32,000 nt of DNA from an uncultured Chloroflexia bacterium (GTDB taxonomy: Bacteria > Chloroflexota > Ktedonobacteria > Ktedonobacterales > JADMIN01): NCBI GenBank assembly GCA_963718915.1, contig CAVRAI010000013.1, positions 210,001 through 242,000 on the forward strand. The letters are read 5' to 3'. The notes under the pieces were generated by a model that saw nothing but the letters and a program-made list of their open reading frames with translations, had not been told where the DNA came from and did not search any database. The translations under genes were made by a program, and so were the position numbers. This document shows positions 1 to 7,583 of this stretch, in pieces. The stretch's first letter is position 1, and every line of letters starts with the position of its first letter.

Positions 1-159
1 AAGTAGTCCTATGAGCACCGTAAATAGACCCAGCACGCCAAACAGGGCCTCGTGGATCCTCTTGGGCAAGCGATCGCCCACCAATGACCCAATCACCCCT
101 CCGATCAGTACCGCCAGCGCGTTGATGAGCGTTCCATTGACCGATGTGAAAAACGACAT
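1..159 (-). CDS. DUF554-family integral membrane protein, N-terminal fragment (gene continues past the left edge)
   Basis: Not in the ORF track. The reverse complement from the ATG at 159 reads MSFFTSVNGTLINALAVLIGGVIGSLVGDRLPKRIHEALFGVLGLFTVLIGLL, open to position 1. The pattern GTxINxxAVLIGGxxGxxxGxRLPxR matches DUF554 (YdfK/YqgA-like) N-termini as I remember them. Confidence 0.5.
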   Translation of the reverse strand, partial: MSFFTSVNGTLINALAVLIGGVIGSLVGDRLPKRIHEALFGVLGLFTVLIGLL

Positions 160-196
160 ACGTGCGGACAATCCTCTCTCGTCTGTGGAACTCGCG

Positions 197-202
197 TATA
201 AT
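197..202 (+). promoter_or_regulatory. Candidate -10 box (perfect TATAAT) upstream of ispE
   Basis: TATAAT at 197-202 lies in the 99-nt divergent gap between the DUF554 gene and ispE. I found no convincing -35. Confidence 0.3.
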
Positions 203-258
203 ACCTCTGCCCATCATACGCTAGCGACGAAGCGAACAGATACCATCTGGGAGGACCT

Positions 259-1122
259 GTGAGCGCACCTGCCATATTCGTTCCCGCACGGGCCAAAATC
301 AACCTCACGCTGTCGGTCCTTGGAAAACGCGAGGATGGATACCATACGCTCGCATCGGTCATGCAGACGATCTCGCTCAACGACACATTGCACATCCAGG
401 CAACCGATGAGGATCACATCACCTGCGCGGTAGATATTCCCAGCCTCCGCAATAACAATAATCTCGCCATACGCGCCGCCCGATTATTGAAGGAGGAAGG
501 ACACCTGACACGCGGAGCCGCGATCGAGCTGCGCAAGGAGATACCAGCGCAGGGAGGTCTGGGTGGTGGCAGTAGCGATGCGGCGACAGTGCTCTTGGCG
601 CTTAACCAACTCTGCGCATTGGGATTGAGCCAAACTCGGCTGAAAGAACTGGCCGCCCGATTGGGGTCTGATGTTCCCTTTTTCATTCATGGTGGTACCG
701 CCTTAATTGAAGGGCGTGGCGAAATAGTCACACCACTGCCCGATTGCGAGTCACTCTGGCTGCTGATCGCACATCCACCTGTCAGCATCTCCACCGCAAC
801 GGTGTTCCAATCGCTACATTCAGCAGAGTACGGGGATACACACGACACCAACATCGTCGTCGAATCAATTCGCGGCGGTTCCCAGTTACCCCTTGAGCGC
901 CTGTCTAATACGCTTGAGCCTCTAGTTATGCGTCACTGGCCTGAGGTTGCCTCTACACGGGAAAGACTGTTGTGGGCAGGCGCTCCCATCGTACGGATGA
1001 GTGGTAGTGGCCCAACACTTTTTGCGCCATTCCGTACGCTCGATGATGCCATCCGGGTGTATAAGGCGGCTCGCAGCCAGAACATGGACGTTCGACTCTG
1101 TCATACCATCTCGCGCGCTTGA
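259..1122 (+). CDS. ispE: 4-diphosphocytidyl-2-C-methyl-D-erythritol kinase (MEP pathway)
   Basis: N-terminus PARAKINLTLSVLGKREDGYHTLASVMQTISL and the GHMP-kinase glycine motif PAQGGLGGGSSDAA are typical of IspE. The GTG start is preceded by GGGAGG (RBS). Length is 287 aa. Confidence 0.9.
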   Translation: MSAPAIFVPARAKINLTLSVLGKREDGYHTLASVMQTISLNDTLHIQATDEDHITCAVDIPSLRNNNNLAIRAARLLKEEGHLTRGAAIELRKEIPAQGGLGGGSSDAATVLLALNQLCALGLSQTRLKELAARLGSDVPFFIHGGTALIEGRGEIVTPLPDCESLWLLIAHPPVSISTATVFQSLHSAEYGDTHDTNIVVESIRGGSQLPLERLSNTLEPLVMRHWPEVASTRERLLWAGAPIVRMSGSGPTLFAPFRTLDDAIRVYKAARSQNMDVRLCHTISRA

Positions 1123-1239
1123 GATGAGGAGACAGAGCTACAATGGAGTACCCAGCACTCGCACACCGTTCACAGACAGGCTGTTCCGCGCCAGTCCTTC
1201 CGAACTACCCGGATACGCATAGAGGCCAACGCTATGCTA

Positions 1240-1248
1240 TGCTATAGT
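1240..1248 (+). promoter_or_regulatory. Extended -10 promoter element TGcTATAGT upstream of the GT9 gene
   Basis: TGCTATAGT at 1240-1248 overlaps three tandem GCTAT units (1231-1245). The same TGnTATAGT element recurs at 22362 and 23045 upstream of other genes. Confidence 0.4.
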
Positions 1249-1299
1249 GAGTGCCCTGACAGGCGATAGATAAGTGACCTCGCGAACCGATGGATTCGG

Positions 1300-2661
1300 G
1301 TGAATGGGAGTGGTATGACAGCGCAGAACCCCGGGCTGGAGTCAGTCTCTAACGAGAACCAGTCTGCCACTCTGGCCTCATCAGACTACGACCGGCGACC
1401 TTCCATCGAGACGCGAGCGCGACGAGTCATACAGCGCATCCTGAAGCGAGGAGCGCAACGCCTGCTATGGCGTGGCATTGGCGCAGTTGGCTATCTCATC
1501 CGCCCCCGTCATGCTTCAACAAAGGCCCTATATCCTGGAGATTCGTCGGTACGGCGCATTCTGGTCGTCCGCGTTGATCTGCTTGGCGACACAGTTCTCA
1601 CTACACCAGCGATTGCGGCGCTCCGCCGCGGCTATCCCAAAGCGCAAATTGACATCCTGGTGCAAGAGTCTACGTCCTCCGTTCTGGCGGGCGAGCGCGA
1701 CATAGCCCATGTCATTACATACAATCCGCAGATATGGAGGCAAAAGGGTGGCTGGCGCTCGGCGCTCCGGCTGCTTCGACGGCTACGAAAAGCGCGCTAC
1801 GACATTGCCATCAGCGTCTCGGGCGACATTGGCAGTATCTTTACCCGTTTGAGTGGCGCCAGGCGAACCATCGGCTACGGTGGCGAGGCATACCCATACA
1901 TGCTCACCGACCCAGTCGCAGGGCATCGGTACATGGTTGCCCAGCACGAGATACGCTATGTCCTCGCACTCGCGGAGGCAGCGGGCGGCATTATCGAGGA
2001 AGAGCATATGCGGCCACGACTGCATGTGCTCCCTAAAGAGCGCCAGGAGATGGTGACGATGCTCAGGCTGGCGCGTGCGCGATTCGGACGCACAGGGCCA
2101 ATCGTCGCGATGCATGCGGGCGCGCGCAACGGTCAGGCTAAACGCTGGCCAACGCGCCACTTCGCCGCGTTAGCGGACCAGCTAGCCAAAGAACTGGATG
2201 CGTTAGTCGTGGTAACCGGCGCGCCCAATGAAGTCCCACTCGCGCGTGATATTGCGCGCAACGTGCGATACCAACTGCTCAATGTCAGTGGTAAAACAAC
2301 ACTCCCACAACTGATTGCGCTACTGGCTGAGAGCGATGTGCTGGTCACTGGTGATAGCGGGCCAATGCACATTGCCTGTGCTGTCGAAACGCCCGTTGTG
2401 GTGATGCACGGCCCGACCGACCCGACGCTCAGCGGGCCATTCGCGCCAGATGCTATCATCCTGCGCCATAAACTCTGGTGTTCGCCATGCTACGACGCTA
2501 GCGCGACCGCAGAGTGCCGCTTTGGCAATCCCGTCTGCATGAAAGCGATTGCGCCACAAGTGGTTTTTGCCGCCGTTCGGAAGCAATTGCTGGCGCATGG
2601 ATCCCTCATACACCGGGATTCTGGTGATGCGGACGAGATGTCAGCTCAATTACTCCCCTGA
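1300..2661 (+). CDS. Glycosyltransferase family 9 (ADP-heptose:LPS heptosyltransferase-like) with an N-terminal extension
   Basis: ILVVRVDLLGDTVLTTPAIAALRRGYPKAQIDILV, the block GKTTLPQLIALLAESDVLVTGDSGPMHIA and the C-terminal CSPC...C motif are typical of GT9. The start is ambiguous between GTG 1300 and ATG 1315 (GGAG four nt upstream). Confidence 0.8.
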   Translation: MNGSGMTAQNPGLESVSNENQSATLASSDYDRRPSIETRARRVIQRILKRGAQRLLWRGIGAVGYLIRPRHASTKALYPGDSSVRRILVVRVDLLGDTVLTTPAIAALRRGYPKAQIDILVQESTSSVLAGERDIAHVITYNPQIWRQKGGWRSALRLLRRLRKARYDIAISVSGDIGSIFTRLSGARRTIGYGGEAYPYMLTDPVAGHRYMVAQHEIRYVLALAEAAGGIIEEEHMRPRLHVLPKERQEMVTMLRLARARFGRTGPIVAMHAGARNGQAKRWPTRHFAALADQLAKELDALVVVTGAPNEVPLARDIARNVRYQLLNVSGKTTLPQLIALLAESDVLVTGDSGPMHIACAVETPVVVMHGPTDPTLSGPFAPDAIILRHKLWCSPCYDASATAECRFGNPVCMKAIAPQVVFAAVRKQLLAHGSLIHRDSGDADEMSAQLLP

Positions 2662-3951
2662 GCCGATGTGAAACTGTGCGCCTTCGACGCCTGAGCTGCC
2701 CACTCCCACCGGGCGGCTAAAATTCCCAATCGCTACGTCAGGCAGCTCGCGATGCAACGTTTCTATCAGCGCCCGCATGCCGAGCGGTCGCCCTGTGGGT
2801 CGGGTTACACGCGGCCAGAGTACTTCAGGGTCGATATTGAGGTTACGCAACTGCACAAGCCGCACGCCCGTCTCGCGTAAGAAAATTACCAGCGCAGCGA
2901 TTTCCTCTTCACAGTCGATCAGACCGGGGAAGCAGAGCAGGTTAATTGAGCTATAGACACCAGCATCGCGCGCCAGGATCAATGACTTCCTGACATGCTC
3001 AAAGGTATAGCCAATGGGTCGGTAGTAGGCGTCGTATGTCTCACGGCGCGCGGAGATCGTACTGGCGCGCAGGCTATCCAACCCAACCGTGTAGAGCTTT
3101 GCCAGCGAGTGGGGATTGCTAGCGTTCGTGTTGATGTTGATCGTGCCGCGCTGGGTACGCGCTCGCACACCACGAATGGCGCGCTCGATCAGTTTGAATT
3201 GCAGCAATGGCTCGCCCTCGCATCCCTGCCCAAAGCTGAAAATTCCATCCTCAGCAGTCTCCAGGTGCGCTACGGCGGCATCGATTATCTCTTGCTCAGT
3301 AGGGGTAAAGGTCAGGCGATCCTGTGGCGAGACAAGACCCTCTTCCTCTTGCTTGGAGATACACCCCACACACCGCGCATTACACCCCGCTGAAACAGCG
3401 CATGCAGCCTCCCAGCGGCCAAAGAACAAGTTGCTAGCTGTTGGACAGTGGTAGTCAAGCGCACAGTGGGCGTGGTGCGCAAGCAGGCGATTCTCTGGCT
3501 CAGCAGCCAGTCGTCGGCGCACCAGCGATTCCAGTCGTCGGGCATCGTAGTTGCGCGCCAGCCAGCGCTCAGGATTGTCAGTACGCACTGCCGCCACGTA
3601 GATACGCCCGCGCCAGCCAGCAACAGCCGTGTAGCCAAAGAACGGCAATGGCTCGGCGCCTGGTGGCAAATCATAACCTGGCAATCTGACACGGGTATAG
3701 CCAATCGGCAGCAGAGCCGCAAGCGCCCACCCGCGTCGGCCATTCATCACCTGCCGATCACCTTGCACATCGAGGCCCACAGCGAGGCGTTCGGGCATCA
3801 TAGCAAGTGTTGCCCCATCGGGCAGCGGGATCAACTCACTGCGTTCAAGAGGCGCACCATCATAATCCAGGGCGCGCAGCGCGCGCCTCTCCCCAACGTC
3901 ACCATCGGACGTGCTATAGACCAGGTATGGGAAATCAGCAGTGTGTGGCAT
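2650..3951 (-). CDS. Radical SAM enzyme with an uncharacterised ~180-aa N-terminal domain
   Basis: CX3CX2C cluster motif GCNARCVGC plus the SAM-binding-like block FGQGCEGEPLL and ININTNAS. The 3' end overlaps the GT9 3' end by 12 nt (convergent). The start lies 5 nt after the upstream small-gene stop. Confidence 0.8.
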   Translation of the reverse strand: MPHTADFPYLVYSTSDGDVGERRALRALDYDGAPLERSELIPLPDGATLAMMPERLAVGLDVQGDRQVMNGRRGWALAALLPIGYTRVRLPGYDLPPGAEPLPFFGYTAVAGWRGRIYVAAVRTDNPERWLARNYDARRLESLVRRRLAAEPENRLLAHHAHCALDYHCPTASNLFFGRWEAACAVSAGCNARCVGCISKQEEEGLVSPQDRLTFTPTEQEIIDAAVAHLETAEDGIFSFGQGCEGEPLLQFKLIERAIRGVRARTQRGTININTNASNPHSLAKLYTVGLDSLRASTISARRETYDAYYRPIGYTFEHVRKSLILARDAGVYSSINLLCFPGLIDCEEEIAALVIFLRETGVRLVQLRNLNIDPEVLWPRVTRPTGRPLGMRALIETLHRELPDVAIGNFSRPVGVGSSGVEGAQFHIGSGE

Positions 3952-3956
3952 AAGAT

Positions 3957-4238
3957 TTAATACGGTAACTCCGCTTCGGGAAGTACATCTGGCTCGTCAG
4001 CAGCCGCATCAAATTCGGCGTTGTTCAAATCGCGCTCTACAGCCTCGGGCCTGACGGCGCTTGAATCACGGTGCGTATCGTCATAGAGAAACGTCAGGAC
4101 AACCTGACCCGCCGAACTAGACTGTATCACCTGACGAATCATCGGCTGCTCGCTCTCCAGCCAGTGATCAATTGCCTTTTCAAGCACACTCACCTCGTTG
4201 ATCCGCGTATCGCTAGAGAATATCTTCACGCGAAGCAT
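3957..4238 (-). CDS. Small hypothetical protein (93 aa) with an acidic C-terminal tail, coupled to the radical SAM gene
   Basis: I trimmed the track ORF (3957-4307) to the ATG at 4238, which is preceded by AAGGAG six nt upstream. The protein reads MLRVKIFSSDTRINEV...DEPDVLPEAELPY. No family recognised. Confidence 0.55.
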   Translation of the reverse strand: MLRVKIFSSDTRINEVSVLEKAIDHWLESEQPMIRQVIQSSSAGQVVLTFLYDDTHRDSSAVRPEAVERDLNNAEFDAAADEPDVLPEAELPY

Positions 4239-4316
4239 AGCCGCTCCTTGCAGCATTGATCCGCTACTACCGCATGTTCGCAATTGCGCCGCTGCATTGT
4301 AGCACACACCGCTAAC

Positions 4317-4781
4317 TCAGCGGGTGCGCCAGCGCTCTATCACTGCGAACGCGGTGCGCCAGATACCAAGGAATAGAGCATTGGACAACAAAATCACAAT
4401 CGCAAATGAGACAGGAACGTTATGATCTGGCGCAATCGCCCATCGCAGCAGGAGAGTCACCGGCCACGCGACGAGCCAGGCAAACTCGGTACGCGCCAGC
4501 ATGCGCCATGGGCCAGTCGTCTTACTCTGGCGGAAAGCGCCTACAAACGGCGAGACAGCAAACCAGCCAAGCGCAAACGGCAGGGCTGTTTCAGCAACCT
4601 GAAGCAGCGCAGAGATTCCACTTGCCTCATTATGCGTCTGGCGGCCTACAGCCGCAAATAGTAGGAATGCCGCAGCGTCGCCTGCGGCCAACGCAACCAC
4701 GCGCCACGGAAGGCCTTTCTTTGGCTGCGCTACAGGCGCGGAAGATGATTCGCTCGAAACTTCGGTGGTCATATGTACCAA
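4317..4781 (-). CDS. DUF3054-like small membrane protein
   Basis: Four predicted TM helices. GDAAAFLLFAAVGRQTHNE resembles the conserved DUF3054 N-terminal motif from memory. An alternative start is the ATG at 4772. Confidence 0.5.
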   Translation of the reverse strand: MVHMTTEVSSESSSAPVAQPKKGLPWRVVALAAGDAAAFLLFAAVGRQTHNEASGISALLQVAETALPFALGWFAVSPFVGAFRQSKTTGPWRMLARTEFAWLVAWPVTLLLRWAIAPDHNVPVSFAIVILLSNALFLGIWRTAFAVIERWRTR

Positions 4782-4832
4782 TCTATCTTAAATCACTTTA
4801 CACGCACAAAGGTACCCAAATCCGCTCGCTCG

Positions 4833-5222
4833 TTACTTTGCGATACCAGCGATAGCTACAATCAGGGCGAGATGGAAGAGCATCGTAATGAGCGCACCCC
4901 AGAAAAACAATTTGAACCAGGTTTTATCGGTCAACTGACCGCGTCGCGCCCGCCGCGCGGCGGGCGTGCGCTCTGTGGATACCACGCCTATAGCCACCCG
5001 CAATCGGATCGGTGAATGGACTGGAACCTCAGCCATCTGTTGCTTGACAGCATCATTACATGCCGTGCAAAGCATCCATGACTGGCGTGGTGGTGGAACA
5101 TCGCCAGTCTCCTCAAGATAGCAGATGGCGCTGCCAAGACGACGCGCGCAAATGGCGCACCGCAGTGCGCCCGACTGGTCTGCAGCTTCTATTGACGGCG
5201 TACCAAGACGCAGATGATTCAT
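4833..5222 (-). CDS. Zinc-ribbon protein with a C-terminal TM anchor (hypothetical)
   Basis: CAIC...(27 aa)...CTAC forms a four-Cys ribbon, followed by a basic linker RRARRGQ and a terminal TM helix WFKLFFWGALITMLFHLALIVAIAGI. AGGAAGG lies upstream of the ATG. Confidence 0.5.
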   Translation of the reverse strand: MNHLRLGTPSIEAADQSGALRCAICARRLGSAICYLEETGDVPPPRQSWMLCTACNDAVKQQMAEVPVHSPIRLRVAIGVVSTERTPAARRARRGQLTDKTWFKLFFWGALITMLFHLALIVAIAGIAK

Positions 5223-5338
5223 TGGTCGCTAACCTTCCTGCCTCTCCAGGAAGCGAAGAATTTCCACCCCTGGCTGAGACCTCACAGGAAAGTTATAACA
5301 CATGCGCATGCGCTGTCATCGCAAGCGCTAGCATCACG

Positions 5339-5941
5339 CTAAATGATGTACAGCACCAGGAACAGAACCACCCAGACAATGTCAACAAAGTGCCAGTACA
5401 TCTCAACCGCCGAGACAGCAAAGTGTCGGTCTTTAGTGAAATCGCCGCGCAGTGAGCGGAAGAAACAAACCAGCAGGAACAGCACACCAGCGGTCACGTG
5501 CGCGCCATGAAAACCGGTCAGAGTGAAGAAGGTCGAGCCGAAGACGCCCGTGCTTGGAGTGAAATCGGCATGGGTATATTCCCACGCCTGGATGCTGAGG
5601 AAGATGCTGCCCAGGATAATAGTCAAGATCAGATTGATCGAAAGGGCGCGCTTGTTCCCCTTGCTAATCGCCCGAGCAGCGAAATGCATCGGGAAACTGC
5701 TGGAAAGCAGGATGACTGTATTAATGAGAATTAGGCCAACTTCCAGCGTGGCGCCTTTGGGTGGCCAGGGTTCTCCGAGGCCCGTTGCCCGGATGCGCAG
5801 GTACAGATAAGAGGCAATCAGGTTGGCGAAGAAGATCGCCTCGGAGGCCAGAAAGAATACCATGCCGTACCAACCGTACGACCGACTCTTATGCTCTTCG
5901 CCCTCGGTGTGGGTCTCTGCCGGGCTGACAGCTGCACTCAT
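5339..5941 (-). CDS. ctaE: Cytochrome c oxidase subunit III
   Basis: FFLASEAIFFANLIASY, FTLTGFHGAHVTAGV and WHFVDIVWVVLF are hallmark COX3 motifs. 200 aa, about five TM helices. Confidence 0.9.
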   Translation of the reverse strand: MSAAVSPAETHTEGEEHKSRSYGWYGMVFFLASEAIFFANLIASYLYLRIRATGLGEPWPPKGATLEVGLILINTVILLSSSFPMHFAARAISKGNKRALSINLILTIILGSIFLSIQAWEYTHADFTPSTGVFGSTFFTLTGFHGAHVTAGVLFLLVCFFRSLRGDFTKDRHFAVSAVEMYWHFVDIVWVVLFLVLYII

Positions 5942-6007
5942 GCTGTGAACTACCTCTCTATGTTCCAGGGTTGCGATAGCGGAATGTCCGCGCGCGATGT
6001 GGCGATA

Positions 6008-6466
6008 TCAGAGTTGTTCGAGGCCAAAACCGACTATGCTGATGAAGACCAGCACCAGGCCAACTCCCGTGACCAGAAGAGTGGTCGGCAGCACGAGAAA
6101 ACCGCTGAAGGTAATCAGCGCCGCAATGGCCAGTAGCAATGGCCAGTAGCTTGGATGCGGCAAGTGCGGGCCTGTATGCTGCTCCTCAATGGCTCCAGCA
6201 TAAACTGGCTGTGGCGCCACCACCACCGGCAGCGGCGCGACAATCTCGCGCACAAGCGCCGCGAAGCCGATGCCTGCCATGAGACGATTCGACTCTTCCA
6301 GGTCACCCTGATCATTGCGCACCAGCAGCGCCTTCACATTCTTGAAGACCCAGAACTGGCCTGCGTCCAGACCCTTGGCCAGCGCGTCCAGCTCACCGTC
6401 CTGACGAATGAAGGTCGCCGTCGCGCCACTGGGATGCGTATAGATGACCTCGTAATTTTCCGGCAT
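6008..6466 (-). CDS. Oxidase-cluster protein: soluble N-terminal domain fused to a subunit-IV(CtaF)-like two-helix hairpin
   Basis: The C-terminus HLPHPSYWPLLLAIAALITFSG plus a second TM resembles the SPHSWWP hairpin of actinobacterial-type CtaF as I recall it. GAGGAG RBS eight nt upstream of the ATG. It sits between ccmD and ctaE. Confidence 0.6.
   Translation of the reverse strand: MPENYEVIYTHPSGATATFIRQDGELDALAKGLDAGQFWVFKNVKALLVRNDQGDLEESNRLMAGIGFAALVREIVAPLPVVVAPQPVYAGAIEEQHTGPHLPHPSYWPLLLAIAALITFSGFLVLPTTLLVTGVGLVLVFISIVGFGLEQL
6123..6148. repeat. Perfect 13-nt tandem duplication (GCAATGGCCAGTA x2) inside the CDS
   Basis: The unit occupies 6123-6135 and 6136-6148 and is followed by GC, a partial third unit. 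It encodes YWPLLLAIA on the minus strand. Confidence 0.9.
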
Positions 6467-6575
6467 GCCGCCATCTCCTCAACTCAGATAGTGATCGTCG
6501 CCTGATAAGGGAGGCGCAGAACACAGCTTCGTTTATTGTAACATGAGTGCGCTGCGCAGACGAGTCCCCCGATGT

Positions 6576-6752
6576 CTACTCGTCTGCTCCTTTGCCCTGG
6601 CTGGCACTCTGCTCGCGTTCGTGTACTAACTCTCGCACGGCCTCGAGTTCTGTCCGCACACCGCGCATGCGAAGCGCAATCCAGCCAAGATAGACCAGCA
6701 GACCGGCCCACATGACAATGTAGGCTATCACTAGATATGTTCCGCCTTGCAT
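6576..6752 (-). CDS. ccmD: Heme exporter protein D (CcmD-family small membrane protein), 58 aa
   Basis: Absent from the ORF track (under 60 aa). ATG at 6752 with GGAGG seven nt upstream. The translation is MQGGTYLVIAYIVMWAGLLVYLGWIALRMRGVRTELEAVRELVHEREQSASQGKGADE. A single TM with AYxVxW and a basic/coiled tail is typical of CcmD, and it lies directly downstream of ccmC. Confidence 0.6.
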   Translation of the reverse strand: MQGGTYLVIAYIVMWAGLLVYLGWIALRMRGVRTELEAVRELVHEREQSASQGKGADE

Positions 6753-6805
6753 TGGCGGCCTCCTTTCATCTCTTTCGTCAAGCGTTCGCGATGTATTCAG
6801 CTGCT

Positions 6806-7573
6806 CTATTCGCCATATTCCACCTGTGCTCGCAGCCGCTCGGCCTCGGTCGTATAGCGTTCAAGGCGATAGAGTTGGAGCAGTAGAAAACCGTAGAGCA
6901 GGGTGAACGTGGCCATCGCCAGCATCAGCGCCAGAAAAACGGCTGGCGGAGTATCGGGTGTGGCCCCGTTGAGCACATAGCCTGTGGGGTGTAGTCCTCG
7001 CCACCAGGTCACGGCGAAATGCACGATTGGCACATCGACAAAGCCGATGATACCGAGCACCGCAGCATTACGCGCTCCGCTCTCAGTGCGACCGCTGTAG
7101 AATCGAAGCAGCAAATAGGCGACATAGATGAACCAAAGAATCAATGTGGTCGTCAGTATTGGCTCGCCATCCCACCACGTGCCCCAGTAGGCCTTTCCCC
7201 AGATGGAACCGCAAATGAGCACCATCGTCGTATACACCACACCGATTTCCGCTGAGGCGCGGGCCAGCCAGTCCCAGCGTTCGTCACGGCGTAGCAGGTA
7301 GACGATGCTACTGACGAAGACGACGAAAAAGGCGAAAAAGGCAAGCAGGGCCATCGGCACATGGAAGTACATGATGCGCTGGACATCACCCTGCACAGCG
7401 TCCGTCGGGGCTAGCACGAACGCTGCCCAGATGGAAAGCATCATGCCAATGGCGACCACGCCACCAAGCACGTATTCGCCATATTTACGCACCGGGTCAA
7501 GCCAGACGCTTCTCACTGGCTGTGGTGGTGACTGTTGTCCTGGGGCCACTGGTTGCGACGTGAGTGTGTTCAT
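6806..7573 (-). CDS. ccmC: Heme exporter / heme lyase subunit CcmC
   Basis: Trp-rich box WGKAYWGTWWDGEPILTT aligns with the canonical WGxxWxWDxRLT, and the conserved His contexts FHVPM and GLHPTG are present. I trimmed the start to the ATG at 7573 (MNTLTSQ), 10 nt after the ccmB stop. The track start at 7675 overlaps ccmB. Confidence 0.85.
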   Translation of the reverse strand: MNTLTSQPVAPGQQSPPQPVRSVWLDPVRKYGEYVLGGVVAIGMMLSIWAAFVLAPTDAVQGDVQRIMYFHVPMALLAFFAFFVVFVSSIVYLLRRDERWDWLARASAEIGVVYTTMVLICGSIWGKAYWGTWWDGEPILTTTLILWFIYVAYLLLRFYSGRTESGARNAAVLGIIGFVDVPIVHFAVTWWRGLHPTGYVLNGATPDTPPAVFLALMLAMATFTLLYGFLLLQLYRLERYTTEAERLRAQVEYGE

Positions 7574-7583
7574 GAGATACCAC

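Noticed and set aside
11-417. Track ORFs 11-262 (+), 105-395 (-) and 214-417 (-) at the left edge.
   Set aside because: The region is better explained by the DUF554 N-terminal fragment (1-159, minus) and by ispE (259-1122, plus). The listed ORFs have no motifs and conflict with both.
3957-4238. Idea that the small protein ending in ...ELPY is a mycofactocin-like or RiPP precursor for the adjacent radical SAM enzyme.
   Set aside because: The radical SAM protein shows no SPASM-type auxiliary Cys cluster. The small protein is 93 aa with an apparently folded N-terminal part and no Gly-Val-Tyr-type terminus. I kept only the generic partner or substrate hypothesis.
5258-5265. The 8-mer GAATTTCC is shared between the ctaE-downstream gap (5258-5265) and the cupredoxin promoter palindrome (22329-22336). 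The 10-bp palindrome GCGCATGCGC lies at 5304-5313.
   Set aside because: Two copies of an 8-mer in 64 kb of two-strand sequence is about the chance expectation. The GC palindrome is short and isolated.
6484-6711. 75-aa minus-strand track ORF in the ccmC to subunit-IV-like gap.
   Set aside because: It is Arg-rich with no RBS. It overlaps, in another frame, the much more convincing 58-aa CcmD reading frame (6576-6752), which has a GGAGG RBS and a TM helix.
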